From Bacteroidota bacterium (lineage in GTDB: Bacteria; Bacteroidota; Ignavibacteria; UBA10030): a DNA stretch of 64,000 bases. Below the pieces are notes generated by a model that saw only the letters and a program-made list of their open reading frames with translations, was not told the origin of the DNA and did no database searches. Positions within the stretch are counted from its first letter, which is position 1. Each line of letters opens with the position of its first letter. The stretch lies in contig JAKAJH010000004.1 of NCBI GenBank assembly GCA_021813905.1, forward strand, positions 53,654 to 117,653, given 5' to 3'. Shown piece by piece: positions 38,290 through 47,773 of the stretch. The position numbers and the translations under genes are program-made.

Positions 38290-39456
38290 ATGCGAGTACG
38301 TCTGACTCATCTTCGGGACTGGAGCTTCTGGCACTACCAGATTGCCGGGTGGCTGGTGTTTTGCGCCGGCAACCTTGCCGTCAATCTTCACGCGATGGGA
38401 TGGAATTCACGCGTCGTCGCCAGCCTTTGCCTTCAGGTGGTCGCGGCCGTCTCCCTCACACTCGGCCTGCGGCGTTACTATCGCCGGTTGCCGCATCGCG
38501 AGCTCGCACTGCCGGGCATCGTGTTCCGCATCGTGTTCTGTTCGTTCCTCGCGACGGTGGTGCTGCACGCGGCATTTCTCGGCATCGAGACGCTCTTCTT
38601 CGGAGCGAAATTCCTCGCGAAGGCCACTGCACATATCGCCTTCACGCTGCAGTGGATCGCGATCCTGTTCCCGGTGATGGTGGGCTGGAGCGCACTGTAT
38701 TTCGGCATCAAGTTCTATCGGGAATGGACCACCGAGCGCATCCGCGTTGAACAGGCCACCGAAGCGGCTCAGCGTGCCCAGTTACAGGCGCTTCGGTACC
38801 AGTTGAATCCGCATTTCCTGTTCAACACGCTGAACTCCGTGCGCGCCCTCGTGGACGAAGACAGCCGCCTGGCCAAGCAGATGGTCACCGAACTGGCGGA
38901 GTTCCTCCGCTATTCCCTGGTCAGCCGGAACAAGACCGAGCTCACGCTCAACGACGAACTGAATGCGATCCGACTGTATCTTTCCATCGAGCAGCGACGT
39001 TATGAGGACAAGCTCTCGGTGGCGTTCGACGTCGATCCCGATGCCGGCGACGTGCCGATGCCGAGCTTTCTGATCCATCCCATCGTCCAGAATGCCGTCA
39101 AGCACGGCCTCCGGACGAGCCCGATGCCGCTCCAGATCCGGATATCTGCGCACCGGACCGACACCAGGCTTCGGATCGAGGTCGCCAATTCGGGTTCGTG
39201 GATCGAGCCCGTGGAGGAAGAGCAGGACGCCGAGCTGGAGTTCGGTGCGGGACTCGAAAATGTTCGGGCCCGGTTGCAGGAAACATATTCCGGGCAACAT
39301 CACTTCGCGACGGAAGAACAGGACGGATTCGTCCACGCGGTTCTGGAAATACCGTTGCCGACGGGATCTCCGGGAGAAGCCGCTCCGGCGGTGACCTCCG
39401 GCCTGCTGTCGGGCTGGAACCGTCGACGCGCGCATCCGGAAAAGGTACCTTCATGA
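38290..39456 (+). CDS. Sensor histidine kinase, 4TM + His_kinase + HATPase (paralog B)
   Basis: Same motifs as paralog A; the two proteins are collinear. Start is 3 nt after the stop of paralog A. Confidence 0.8.
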   Translation: MRVRLTHLRDWSFWHYQIAGWLVFCAGNLAVNLHAMGWNSRVVASLCLQVVAAVSLTLGLRRYYRRLPHRELALPGIVFRIVFCSFLATVVLHAAFLGIETLFFGAKFLAKATAHIAFTLQWIAILFPVMVGWSALYFGIKFYREWTTERIRVEQATEAAQRAQLQALRYQLNPHFLFNTLNSVRALVDEDSRLAKQMVTELAEFLRYSLVSRNKTELTLNDELNAIRLYLSIEQRRYEDKLSVAFDVDPDAGDVPMPSFLIHPIVQNAVKHGLRTSPMPLQIRISAHRTDTRLRIEVANSGSWIEPVEEEQDAELEFGAGLENVRARLQETYSGQHHFATEEQDGFVHAVLEIPLPTGSPGEAAPAVTSGLLSGWNRRRAHPEKVPS

Positions 39457-40178
39457 AGAAGAAGCTTCGGGCTCTGATCGTAGACGACGAACGGCTCGCA
39501 CGCAAGGATCTGCGCACGCTGCTGATGGACGTGCCGACCGTCGAGGTCGCCGGTGAAGCGGACAGTGTTTCGTCTGCGGTCGCCATGATCGCGGAGATCG
39601 ACCCCGATCTGATCTTTCTGGACATCCAGATGCCGGGAGAATCGGGATTCGATCTGCTCGAGAGGACGGATCTTCGTGCCCGCGTTATCTTCGTGACGGC
39701 ATTTGACGAATACGCCATCCGCGCGTTTGAAGTCGATGCGGTGGACTATCTGCTGAAACCGGTCAGTCCGCAGCGGCTGGCGGCGGCCATTGAGCGGCTC
39801 GACCGGAAGACCGCCCCGCCGAACGGCAGCCGCCGCACGCTCTCCTTCGAGGATACGCTGTTCCTCTCCATCAATAATCACCTGAAATTCGTAAAGGTCA
39901 GCACGATCCAGTGCATCCAAGCCGCGGCGGATTATTCGGAGATCATGCTGTCTGACGGAAAGCGCGGTCTGGTTCAAAAATCGATGGCGGAGTGGGAGCA
40001 GCGGCTTCCCGCCGCACAGTTCTGCCGCATCCACCGCTCGACGATCATCAATCTGCAGGCCGTCGGCCGCGTGGAAGAGTGGTTCGGGGATTCGTATCAC
40101 GTCTATCTGGCGGGCGTGGAATCCCCGCTGGTCATGAGCCGCCGCTACGCCGTCCGGCTCAAAGAACGCCTCAGCTGA
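39453..40178 (+). CDS. LytTR-family response regulator 1
   Basis: LIVDDERLAR...LIFLDIQMP...YLLKP...IHRSTIINL; the ATGA overlaps the HK-B stop. Confidence 0.85.
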   Translation: MKKKLRALIVDDERLARKDLRTLLMDVPTVEVAGEADSVSSAVAMIAEIDPDLIFLDIQMPGESGFDLLERTDLRARVIFVTAFDEYAIRAFEVDAVDYLLKPVSPQRLAAAIERLDRKTAPPNGSRRTLSFEDTLFLSINNHLKFVKVSTIQCIQAAADYSEIMLSDGKRGLVQKSMAEWEQRLPAAQFCRIHRSTIINLQAVGRVEEWFGDSYHVYLAGVESPLVMSRRYAVRLKERLS

Positions 40179-40246
40179 ATTTGGGCCGTTGTTCCGCAGT
40201 AACTTCCCGCCACGGGATTTCGTATGCCGGAAGTAGTCCACAACCC

Positions 40247-41044
40247 ATGACGTCGTCCTCCCACCATCTGCGCATTCTCATCGCTGACGACGAGCGATTG
40301 GCCCGCACGAGCCTGCGCCGCGCGATCGACGAGCTCTCGGATGTTTCCGTCGTATCGGAATGCGACAGCGGACGCGAGGCCGAGCAGGCCATCCGCACAC
40401 TCCAGCCAGACGTTGCGTTTCTTGACGTGGATATGCCCGATCGGAACGGTCTCGACGTGGTCCGCGGCCTCGGTCCGGAACACGCCACCAAGATCATCTT
40501 CGTCACCGCGTATGAGGAGTATGCCCTGGAGGCGTTCCAGGTCCATGCGTTCGATTATGTGCTCAAACCGATCGATGGCGATCGTGTTCGACTTGCCGCG
40601 GAGCGTGCCCGCGAGCAGATTGTGCTCGAGAAGCACGGGGACGGACACGCTGTGCCCGACCCGGAGCTCTCGACGGTCCGGAGCGACGCCACGCAGTTGC
40701 ATCCCCGTTATCTCGACCGTCTCACCGTCCAGGCCGGCGAACGACTCACACTGGTCGATGTTGCGGATGTGGATTGGGTGGAAGCGTGGGGAGACTATGT
40801 GCGCATCCATTTGCACGGCCGGACGTTCACGATCCGCGAGAAGATCAGCGATCTCGAACGCCAGCTCGATCCCGGACGGTTTGCCCGCGTACACCGCTCT
40901 ACCATCGTACAGATTGCGCGGATCAAGGACCTGGTCCCGCTACTGCACGGCGACTATGAACTGACCCTCGCCGATAACACGCTGCTGCGTCTCAGCCGCA
41001 CGTATCGGCACCGCCTTTCCGAGCTGCTTCAGCATCATCTGTAA
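40247..41044 (+). CDS. LytTR-family response regulator 2 (orphan)
   Basis: ILIADDERLAR...AFLDVDMP...YVLKP...VHRSTIVQI. Confidence 0.85.
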   Translation: MTSSSHHLRILIADDERLARTSLRRAIDELSDVSVVSECDSGREAEQAIRTLQPDVAFLDVDMPDRNGLDVVRGLGPEHATKIIFVTAYEEYALEAFQVHAFDYVLKPIDGDRVRLAAERAREQIVLEKHGDGHAVPDPELSTVRSDATQLHPRYLDRLTVQAGERLTLVDVADVDWVEAWGDYVRIHLHGRTFTIREKISDLERQLDPGRFARVHRSTIVQIARIKDLVPLLHGDYELTLADNTLLRLSRTYRHRLSELLQHHL

Positions 41045-41211
41045 TCCACCGTTTCGCCTCCGCAGACCGTATTCGCTTCGTGTCCGTCCGCTCTGACCGT
41101 CCGCCGGACCGGCTCATCGTATTCCTGCAACCTTCCATCCCCCGGGCGCGTCTTTCGGGATAGAGACACCGGGAACCAATCATCACTCACTACTCGGTAC
41201 AGGAGGTCGCA

Positions 41212-41682
41212 ATGAAGACTCTGATGCTGTTCATGGTGCTCGCGGTGACTGTCGCCGCCGCGCAGCCGGCCGGATCCTCCGAGTCGGTGCTCCCCCCCAA
41301 CGTCAACAAAGCCATTGTGGAAGAGAACCTGCTGATCGGGCTTGCGTCGGGCAATCTCGGATTGCAGCGCAGCGCGGCGCTGATGCTCGGCAAGATCAGG
41401 TCCGACCGGGCAGTGATTCCCCTCATGGCCGTTCTCCACAACAGCGACCAGGAAAGCCTGCGGATCGCCGCGGCCTACGCCCTCTGTCGCATCGGTGACG
41501 CTCGCGGGACATTCGCCGTCCGCCGGGCTGTCAAGTTCGACGAATGCTGCCGGGTTCAGAATACCTGTGCCTGGTATTACGAAACCATGGTCAGCCCCGG
41601 CACGTTTGCCTTCGTCGGTATCAACACCGCGCCGGTGGACATCGCCGCCATTGCCGAACCGATCCTGGAAGCCGCTCCCTGA
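41212..41682 (+). CDS. Secreted HEAT-repeat (PBS-lyase-like) protein
   Basis: Signal peptide MKTLMLFMVLAVTVAAAQ; repeated LGxxxxxRAVxPLxxxL HEAT_2-like units. Confidence 0.55.
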   Translation: MKTLMLFMVLAVTVAAAQPAGSSESVLPPNVNKAIVEENLLIGLASGNLGLQRSAALMLGKIRSDRAVIPLMAVLHNSDQESLRIAAAYALCRIGDARGTFAVRRAVKFDECCRVQNTCAWYYETMVSPGTFAFVGINTAPVDIAAIAEPILEAAP

Positions 41683-41799
41683 CGAGACCCGATGCCTGCG
41701 CCGCGGCGGCATCGCAGCGCAGGTGCGAAACTCCTGGTCCTGCGTCACGATTTGCGAACATCGCGGCCGCCTACGGGCGGCCGCGGCATATCCGGCACA

Positions 41800-42531
41800 A
41801 TGATGACACCAACTCCGATTCTCCATGCCGTGATCGTCGACGACGAGCGGCTCGCGCGGGCAAGTCTTCGGTCCCTGCTGGCGGATCACCCGGATGTCGC
41901 GGTCGTCGGAGAAGCCGACACGGTTCGCAGCGCCCGGCGGCTGATTCTCGATCACCGGCCGGACGTCGCGTTCCTTGACATCTGCCTGGCGGGAGAAAGC
42001 AGCTTCGACGCTATGACAGAACTGTCTGCGTCGGTCCGGGTTGTGTTCGTCACGGGATACGCGGAATACGCGACCCGGGCGTTTCGCGTCGGCGCCATCG
42101 ACTACCTGCTGAAGCCCGTCGATCCGGCGCACCTGACAGAGGCCCTGGACCGCATCCGGCGACTTGTGGGGCGCGAGCCGGAAGACCCGCCACTGGACGC
42201 CGAGGATACGATCTTTCTGCGTTTGGGTGGGCGGTACCAGTTCGTGCGCGTGCGGGCCATCCGGTGCATCACGGCAGACGGTCCATACTCCCGAGTCGCG
42301 ATGGACGACGGACGCAAAGGGATCGCTTCGCCAGCGCTGAAGGAATGGGAAGAACGGCTGCCGGGCCGGCTGTTTGTACGAGTGCACCGCTCCGCGCTCG
42401 TCAACCTGGAGCACGTGGACCGCGTCGAGCCGAACGGCGATCACTCGTACTTGCTGCACATGAAGGGCGGCTGTGAGCCGTTGCCCATGAGTCACCGGTG
42501 CTTCACGCGGATCCGGACGCTGATGGGATGA
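41800..42531 (+). CDS. LytTR-family response regulator 3 (orphan)
   Basis: VIVDDERLAR...AFLDICLAGESS...YLLKP...VHRSALVNL. Confidence 0.8.
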   Translation: MMTPTPILHAVIVDDERLARASLRSLLADHPDVAVVGEADTVRSARRLILDHRPDVAFLDICLAGESSFDAMTELSASVRVVFVTGYAEYATRAFRVGAIDYLLKPVDPAHLTEALDRIRRLVGREPEDPPLDAEDTIFLRLGGRYQFVRVRAIRCITADGPYSRVAMDDGRKGIASPALKEWEERLPGRLFVRVHRSALVNLEHVDRVEPNGDHSYLLHMKGGCEPLPMSHRCFTRIRTLMG

Positions 42532-42557
42532 TCGTGCCGGTTATCCGCACTTCCGGA

Positions 42558-42776
42558 CGTTCGTACGACAAACGACCACGTTCATTCAAAACCGTTCGGC
42601 CGGACCGCCCTCCGGTCGTATCTTAAACCATCAGCAGGGTGCGGTCCTGAATGAACGAGGATGCTCTGCTGCCAAACTTGACGCGTCTCTCACAGGTCAC
42701 CTCCTTCTCCCCTGTTCCGCGTCAAGCGAGATTCACCGGCAGCAGAGATCCTCGTTTCGTTCCCGATTCGTTCCCG
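42558..42776 (+). promoter_or_regulatory. Cluster of (A/C)CGTTC direct repeats in the susC upstream/leader region (candidate LytTR-regulator sites)
   Basis: CGTTC at 42558, 42579, 42594, 42758 and 42769 (the last two within the tandem TTCGTTCCCG-N1-TTCGTTCCCG); spacings of 21, 15 and 11 nt. Confidence 0.25.
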
Positions 42777-42818
42777 GCTCGCATCGCCGATCGCTCACTC
42801 ACTACAGGAGGCCTGACC

Positions 42819-45713
42819 GTGAAAAGACCAACCATGTTCTCGCTGCTGCTGTGCGCATTGCTCTGCGCACATTGCATTCTGGTTGCGCAGACGACGGTCC
42901 ACGGCCGGGTCACGGACGCCAGATCCGGCGCCGGACTGCCCGGCGTGGCCGTGCACATACAATCGCTGGGTGTTGGCACGTACACCAACGCCGACGGGGA
43001 GTATGAATTCGTCGTCCCGGCTGAGAAGGTTCGTCGGGACGCCGTGATCCTCACCGCGAAGCTGATGGGGTATAAAGAGAAGACCCAGCGGATCATTCTC
43101 ACGGCGGGTCCGATTTCAGCAGACTTCGCGCTCCTGGAGGATGTCTTCCAGAGCGACGAGGTCGTCGTAACCGGCATTGCCTCAAAGACAGAGAAGTCCG
43201 TTGCGGAGGTTGCCGTCGCCCGCATCGACGCGGCCGGACTTCAGGATCTGAGCGCGTACGCCGGCGTCAACCAGCTCGTGGACGGGAAGATCCCCGGCGT
43301 TCAAATGACGACGGCGTCCGGGAACATCGGATCCGGATGGCGGTTCTTCGTCCGCGGCGGTGGCGGACTGAACGGGAACGGCCAACCTGTCATTTACGTC
43401 GATGGCACGCGTATCGAAAACGACGAGGTCGGCTCGACCTGGGGCGTGGGCGGACAGGCGATCAGCACACTCGCCAATCTGAACACGAACGACATCGAGA
43501 AGATCGAATTCCTGAAAGGGCCGGCGGCGGCGTCAATGTACGGCGCGAACGGTTCCAACGGGGTCATGCTGATCACCACGAAAGCCGGCGCACTCGCACA
43601 GACTCCCGGCGGCATGAACGTAAACTACAACTTCACATATGGCTGGAACGAACAGCTGACGCCGTACAGCAAGGATGAGTACCTCAACGCCGACACGGCC
43701 AATGCCATGTTCCGCAAGGGACTCATCCGCGCTCACTATCTGAGCCTGGCCGGCGGAAACAACACGCTGCGCTATTTCACGTCGTTTGAAAGCCGGCGTG
43801 AAGACGGCCACTTTCCCCTCACGTGGGGAGACCGGAATACCGTCCGCCTGAACCTGACGGCAGTGCCGGCACAGAATGTCTCGGTGAAACTCAATGCAGG
43901 GTACGCGAAGAACCGCATGAATGTCCCCAATCAGGATAACTCCGCCTGGGGTATTCTCGGCAACACGCTGCTCGTCGCGAATCCGTGGTTCTTCGTCCCG
44001 AAGAATGATATCACCCGACTGGTGGATGTGGTTGACGGTACGCAGTTCATCGGCGGTGCGGCGATGACGTACTCACCGGTGGCCGATCTCGAGCTGAAAG
44101 GCGGCGTCGGGATCGACAACAGCACATGGCGGCAGGACGACATTGCGCCGTTCGGCGGCCAGTTCGGCAGCGTGACACGCGGAGCCACGAACATCTACGA
44201 CCGTCTGAACCGGCAGATCACATATGATTTCGGCGCCGCGTATGCCTGGTCGCCGTTCGACAATCTGTCGATCCGCTCCATCGCCGGCGGTCAGTTCTTC
44301 GACCGACGCTTCAACAGCATCGAGGTGAACGCCGAGGAATATTCGACGCCGCTGATCACGGATCTCGGATCGGCCGGAAAGATCACGGGATACGGCGAGA
44401 CGTTCCGGAACACGCGGGACGGCGGTCTCTACACGGAACACTCGGCCGGATATCTCGATCAGTACTTCCTGACGCTCGGCGTACGGCAGGACTTCGCCAG
44501 CGTCATCGGCAAGTCGGCGCCGTCGATCGTCTATCCGAAGGCAAGCGCCGCATGGAGGCTGGACAGGTACGAGTTCTTCCCGTCCGACGTTGTCCAACTG
44601 CTCAAATTGCGCGCCGCATACGGCGAGAGCGGTGTGCTGCCCCGGCTTCTCGACGGTGCCAGCGTCTACTATACCGCCCTCGTCTCGGCGTACGGGGCGG
44701 GGGGTGTCCCGACCGTGTGGGGCAATCCCGCCATCAAGCCGGAACGCGTGCGCGAAGTGGAAGCGGGCATCGACGCCGAGGTCGCCAACGCGGTCTCACT
44801 CGAATTCACAGGCTACACCCAGAAGGCGACCAACTCCATCGTGGATATGCCGGTGGCGCCGTCGCTGGGACTCTCCACGACCCGGCCGTTCAACATCGGC
44901 GAAGTGGACCTCTGGGGATTCGAGTCGATGGTGCAGGTGACACCGCTGCGCTCGGACGACTACGACCTGCGCATCGGTCTTATCTGGAACTTCCAGCGGA
45001 ACGAGGTGAAGAGCATCGGCGGTCGGGGTGCCATCACCTCCGACAATAATGTGATCATGGAAGGCAAGCCGAAATATGAGTTCCTGGCGTACACCTCCAC
45101 GGCGGCGTTCGATTCCGCCGGCGTGTATGCGGGTGCCGTGCCGTCCGCAGACAAAGTCGATCTCGGCAATCCGATCCCGAAGTACACCGGATCGGTCACG
45201 GTCGACTTCCGCTTCCTGAAGAACTTCACGTTCTACGCGTTCGGGGAGTGTGGACTCGATATGAAGCGGTTCAACTATACGCGCCAGTTCTCGATGCTGA
45301 TGGGCGGCAACGCCGAGCGCATCCGGATGCGTGCGCAGCTCGGCTTCGCACCGTCGTCCTCGGTGACACCGCTGACGCCGGGCACGCCCGAGTATCGCGC
45401 CGTGGCGGAGAAGTACGGCCGCCTGAATCCCAACTTCGACGGGAATTTCATCGAAGACGCCGACTACTTCGTCATTCGTGAGGTAAGCCTGAGCTACAAC
45501 TTTCGCGATGCGCTCAACGCCCTCAGCCCGTTCTCGGTACTCAAAGGACTGACGGTGGGTGTGTCCGTGCGGAACTTGTGGCGCACGACGAAGTACTCCG
45601 GGGTCGACGTGGAAACAAACTACGCCGGAAGCCGGACCGTGACAGTGGGAGAGGAATTCCTGACACTTGAAACCCCGCGGACCTGGAATTTCTGGGTCAA
45701 AATGGGACTGTAA
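42819..45713 (+). CDS. SusC/RagA-family TonB-dependent outer-membrane transporter
   Basis: GTG start preceded by AGGAGG; signal peptide; carboxypeptidase-regulatory-like N domain (TTVHGRVTDARSGAGLPGV); TonB-box region; 22-strand barrel length; C-terminal ...NFWVKMGL. Confidence 0.85.
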   Translation: MKRPTMFSLLLCALLCAHCILVAQTTVHGRVTDARSGAGLPGVAVHIQSLGVGTYTNADGEYEFVVPAEKVRRDAVILTAKLMGYKEKTQRIILTAGPISADFALLEDVFQSDEVVVTGIASKTEKSVAEVAVARIDAAGLQDLSAYAGVNQLVDGKIPGVQMTTASGNIGSGWRFFVRGGGGLNGNGQPVIYVDGTRIENDEVGSTWGVGGQAISTLANLNTNDIEKIEFLKGPAAASMYGANGSNGVMLITTKAGALAQTPGGMNVNYNFTYGWNEQLTPYSKDEYLNADTANAMFRKGLIRAHYLSLAGGNNTLRYFTSFESRREDGHFPLTWGDRNTVRLNLTAVPAQNVSVKLNAGYAKNRMNVPNQDNSAWGILGNTLLVANPWFFVPKNDITRLVDVVDGTQFIGGAAMTYSPVADLELKGGVGIDNSTWRQDDIAPFGGQFGSVTRGATNIYDRLNRQITYDFGAAYAWSPFDNLSIRSIAGGQFFDRRFNSIEVNAEEYSTPLITDLGSAGKITGYGETFRNTRDGGLYTEHSAGYLDQYFLTLGVRQDFASVIGKSAPSIVYPKASAAWRLDRYEFFPSDVVQLLKLRAAYGESGVLPRLLDGASVYYTALVSAYGAGGVPTVWGNPAIKPERVREVEAGIDAEVANAVSLEFTGYTQKATNSIVDMPVAPSLGLSTTRPFNIGEVDLWGFESMVQVTPLRSDDYDLRIGLIWNFQRNEVKSIGGRGAITSDNNVIMEGKPKYEFLAYTSTAAFDSAGVYAGAVPSADKVDLGNPIPKYTGSVTVDFRFLKNFTFYAFGECGLDMKRFNYTRQFSMLMGGNAERIRMRAQLGFAPSSSVTPLTPGTPEYRAVAEKYGRLNPNFDGNFIEDADYFVIREVSLSYNFRDALNALSPFSVLKGLTVGVSVRNLWRTTKYSGVDVETNYAGSRTVTVGEEFLTLETPRTWNFWVKMGL

Positions 45714-45727
45714 GGAGGCGACCGACT

Positions 45728-46945
45728 ATGAAAACGACTCTCAAATATCTTGTGGCGTTCCCGCTCCTGGCGCTGTTCCTGTCGGCATGCGAAAGTTTCA
45801 TCAACGATGTGGAACCGCTCAAGGATTATGCCGCGAACGACAAGCTGAACTCGGAAGAGCACATGGACTTCCTGATCGTCGGCGTACAATCGCAGTTCGC
45901 GGACGCCTCGAGCCAGGTGGCCGGCCTGTCGGATCTGCTCTCCGATCAGCTGATCTTCACCAACATGATGCCCCTGGCAACGTATCCGCAATATGCGGAG
46001 ATCGAGCCCGGGCAAATTCTGCTGGACAATAACAGCGTCGCCGCCGTGTTTCAGTCCGTCTGCCGCCTGCGCCGGGTTGCCGATGACCTCGTGCAGCGTA
46101 CCGGGGACATCGCCTTCAGCGACACGGCGAAGCGGCACCAGGCGTATGCGGTCGGATATCTGTACGGGGGACTGGCACGCTACTATCTCGCCACGTCGTT
46201 CGGAATCAACCCGACCTCGCCGGGCGGCGTGATCGACGGCGGTCCGTTCATCGCCCAGTCAGACCTTCTCGACGACGCGGTCGCGCATTTCGAAGCTGCC
46301 GTTGCGCATCAGTTCAGCCTGACGGAACAACGGATCACCAACTCCCTCATCGCGCGCGCGTATCTGGCGAAGAAGGACTATGCCCATGCCGCGACGTTTG
46401 CCGCACAAGGCATGCTGCAGGGCGAGGATCCGTTCGTGTGTCTTTATAACGACGTCTCGCAGAACTTCTACTACACCGACGCCGGTTACGGGCGCCAACA
46501 GATGGGCGTGGCGGACCGGTTCGCGGCCTACATCGCCGCCGATCCGGCGGAAGCCGTCCGCATACCGCTCGACTCTCTGATCGGGCGGGACGGCGGAACC
46601 TATTACTTCCAGGTGAAGTACCCGCTCGCCGGGAGCAGCTTCCCGATCATGACCTGGCAGGAGAACAGCCTGATGTCGGCAGAGTGCGCCCTTCGGGGAT
46701 CGGGTGCGGGCGATGCGCTCGCGTTGGTCAACGACGTGCGCGGCTCTCACGGCCTCAGCAGTCTCAGTTCGGTCGATCTTGCCGGCCTCATGGTCGAGCG
46801 GGACAAGGAGCTGTTCTGCCAAGGCGACCGACTGATGGATGAGAATCGCGGTGCCGTGCCGTGGCATCTGGGAACCGGCGACTGGCACGTCCTTCCGATT
46901 CCACGCGCGGAACGGGATGCAAATCCCAACCTGCCGCCCTTGTGA
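45728..46945 (+). CDS. SusD/RagB-family lipoprotein
   Basis: Lipobox LALFLSAC; 14 nt after susC; helical/TPR-like. At 405 aa it is shorter than typical SusD proteins. Confidence 0.6.
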   Translation: MKTTLKYLVAFPLLALFLSACESFINDVEPLKDYAANDKLNSEEHMDFLIVGVQSQFADASSQVAGLSDLLSDQLIFTNMMPLATYPQYAEIEPGQILLDNNSVAAVFQSVCRLRRVADDLVQRTGDIAFSDTAKRHQAYAVGYLYGGLARYYLATSFGINPTSPGGVIDGGPFIAQSDLLDDAVAHFEAAVAHQFSLTEQRITNSLIARAYLAKKDYAHAATFAAQGMLQGEDPFVCLYNDVSQNFYYTDAGYGRQQMGVADRFAAYIAADPAEAVRIPLDSLIGRDGGTYYFQVKYPLAGSSFPIMTWQENSLMSAECALRGSGAGDALALVNDVRGSHGLSSLSSVDLAGLMVERDKELFCQGDRLMDENRGAVPWHLGTGDWHVLPIPRAERDANPNLPPL

Positions 46946-46982
46946 TCAACGCACGATGACGCTGTCCCGTACGGCGAACTCA

Positions 46983-47011
46983 GGCCCCGCACCCGCGGGG
47001 CCTTTTTGTTT
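46983..47011 (+). terminator. Rho-independent terminator after susD
   Basis: GGCCCCGC-ACCC-GCGGGGCC followed by TTTTTGTTT. Confidence 0.7.
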
Positions 47012-47086
47012 GAGAACCGCCGCCGTCTCTTCAATTGACTGTCTGGCAATATTCATCTACCATCCGTGGGGTAGAACCCGCACCGT

Positions 47087-47773
47087 ATGCGAATCCTCGT
47101 CGTCGAAGATGAACAGAAAGTCGCCCGTTTCCTCAAGCGCGGCCTTGAGGCGGAAGGCTACCGCGTCGAGACCGCAGCCGACGGAAAGTCAGGCGAGACG
47201 CTCGCGCGTTCGAACACATTCGATCTCGCCATCCTGGACGTCGTGCTCCCCCGCAAGAACGGTTTCGAAATCCTTCGCGATCTCCGGAATGAAGGCCACA
47301 AGCTGCCCGTGCTGATGCTCACCGCCCGCAGCGCCACGGAAGACATCGTCAGCGGCCTGGACCTCGGCGCCGACGACTACCTGACAAAACCCTTCGCCTT
47401 CGATGAACTCCTGGCCCGGATCCGACTTCTGCTCCGCCGGCAGGTACAGTCCCGCACGCGTCTGACCGTGGGGGATCTGGTGCTGGACACGATCAGCCAC
47501 GAGGCGGTGCGCGGCGGAAAGAAGATCGAGTTGACGAGCCGCGAGTACAAGATGCTCGAGATCTTCATGCGCAATCCCGGGAAGCTCCTGAGCCGTGCGG
47601 ATCTTGCCCGGGAGGTGTGGGGATACGACTTTGACCCCGGCACCAACGTGGTCGACGTGTATGTCAATCACCTTCGCAAGAAGGTTGATCAGGGGTTCGA
47701 AATCAGACTGCTGCAGACAGCGCGCGGCAAGGGATACTTCATCACCGACCGATCGCCCGCCTCCCTCTTATGA
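47087..47773 (+). CDS. OmpR-family response regulator
   Basis: MRILVVEDE ... winged-helix C-terminus (LTSREYKMLEIFMRNPGKLLSR). Confidence 0.85.
   Translation: MRILVVEDEQKVARFLKRGLEAEGYRVETAADGKSGETLARSNTFDLAILDVVLPRKNGFEILRDLRNEGHKLPVLMLTARSATEDIVSGLDLGADDYLTKPFAFDELLARIRLLLRRQVQSRTRLTVGDLVLDTISHEAVRGGKKIELTSREYKMLEIFMRNPGKLLSRADLAREVWGYDFDPGTNVVDVYVNHLRKKVDQGFEIRLLQTARGKGYFITDRSPASLL

Noticed and set aside
39198-39452. Upstream extension of LytTR regulator 1 (and likewise 39992..40246 for regulator 2, 41692..41799 for regulator 3)
   Set aside because: The extensions overlap the preceding kinase gene or are low complexity. Conserved REC domains begin at the internal Met (MKKKLRALIVDDE, MTSSSHHLRILIADDE, MMTPTPILHAVIVDDE).
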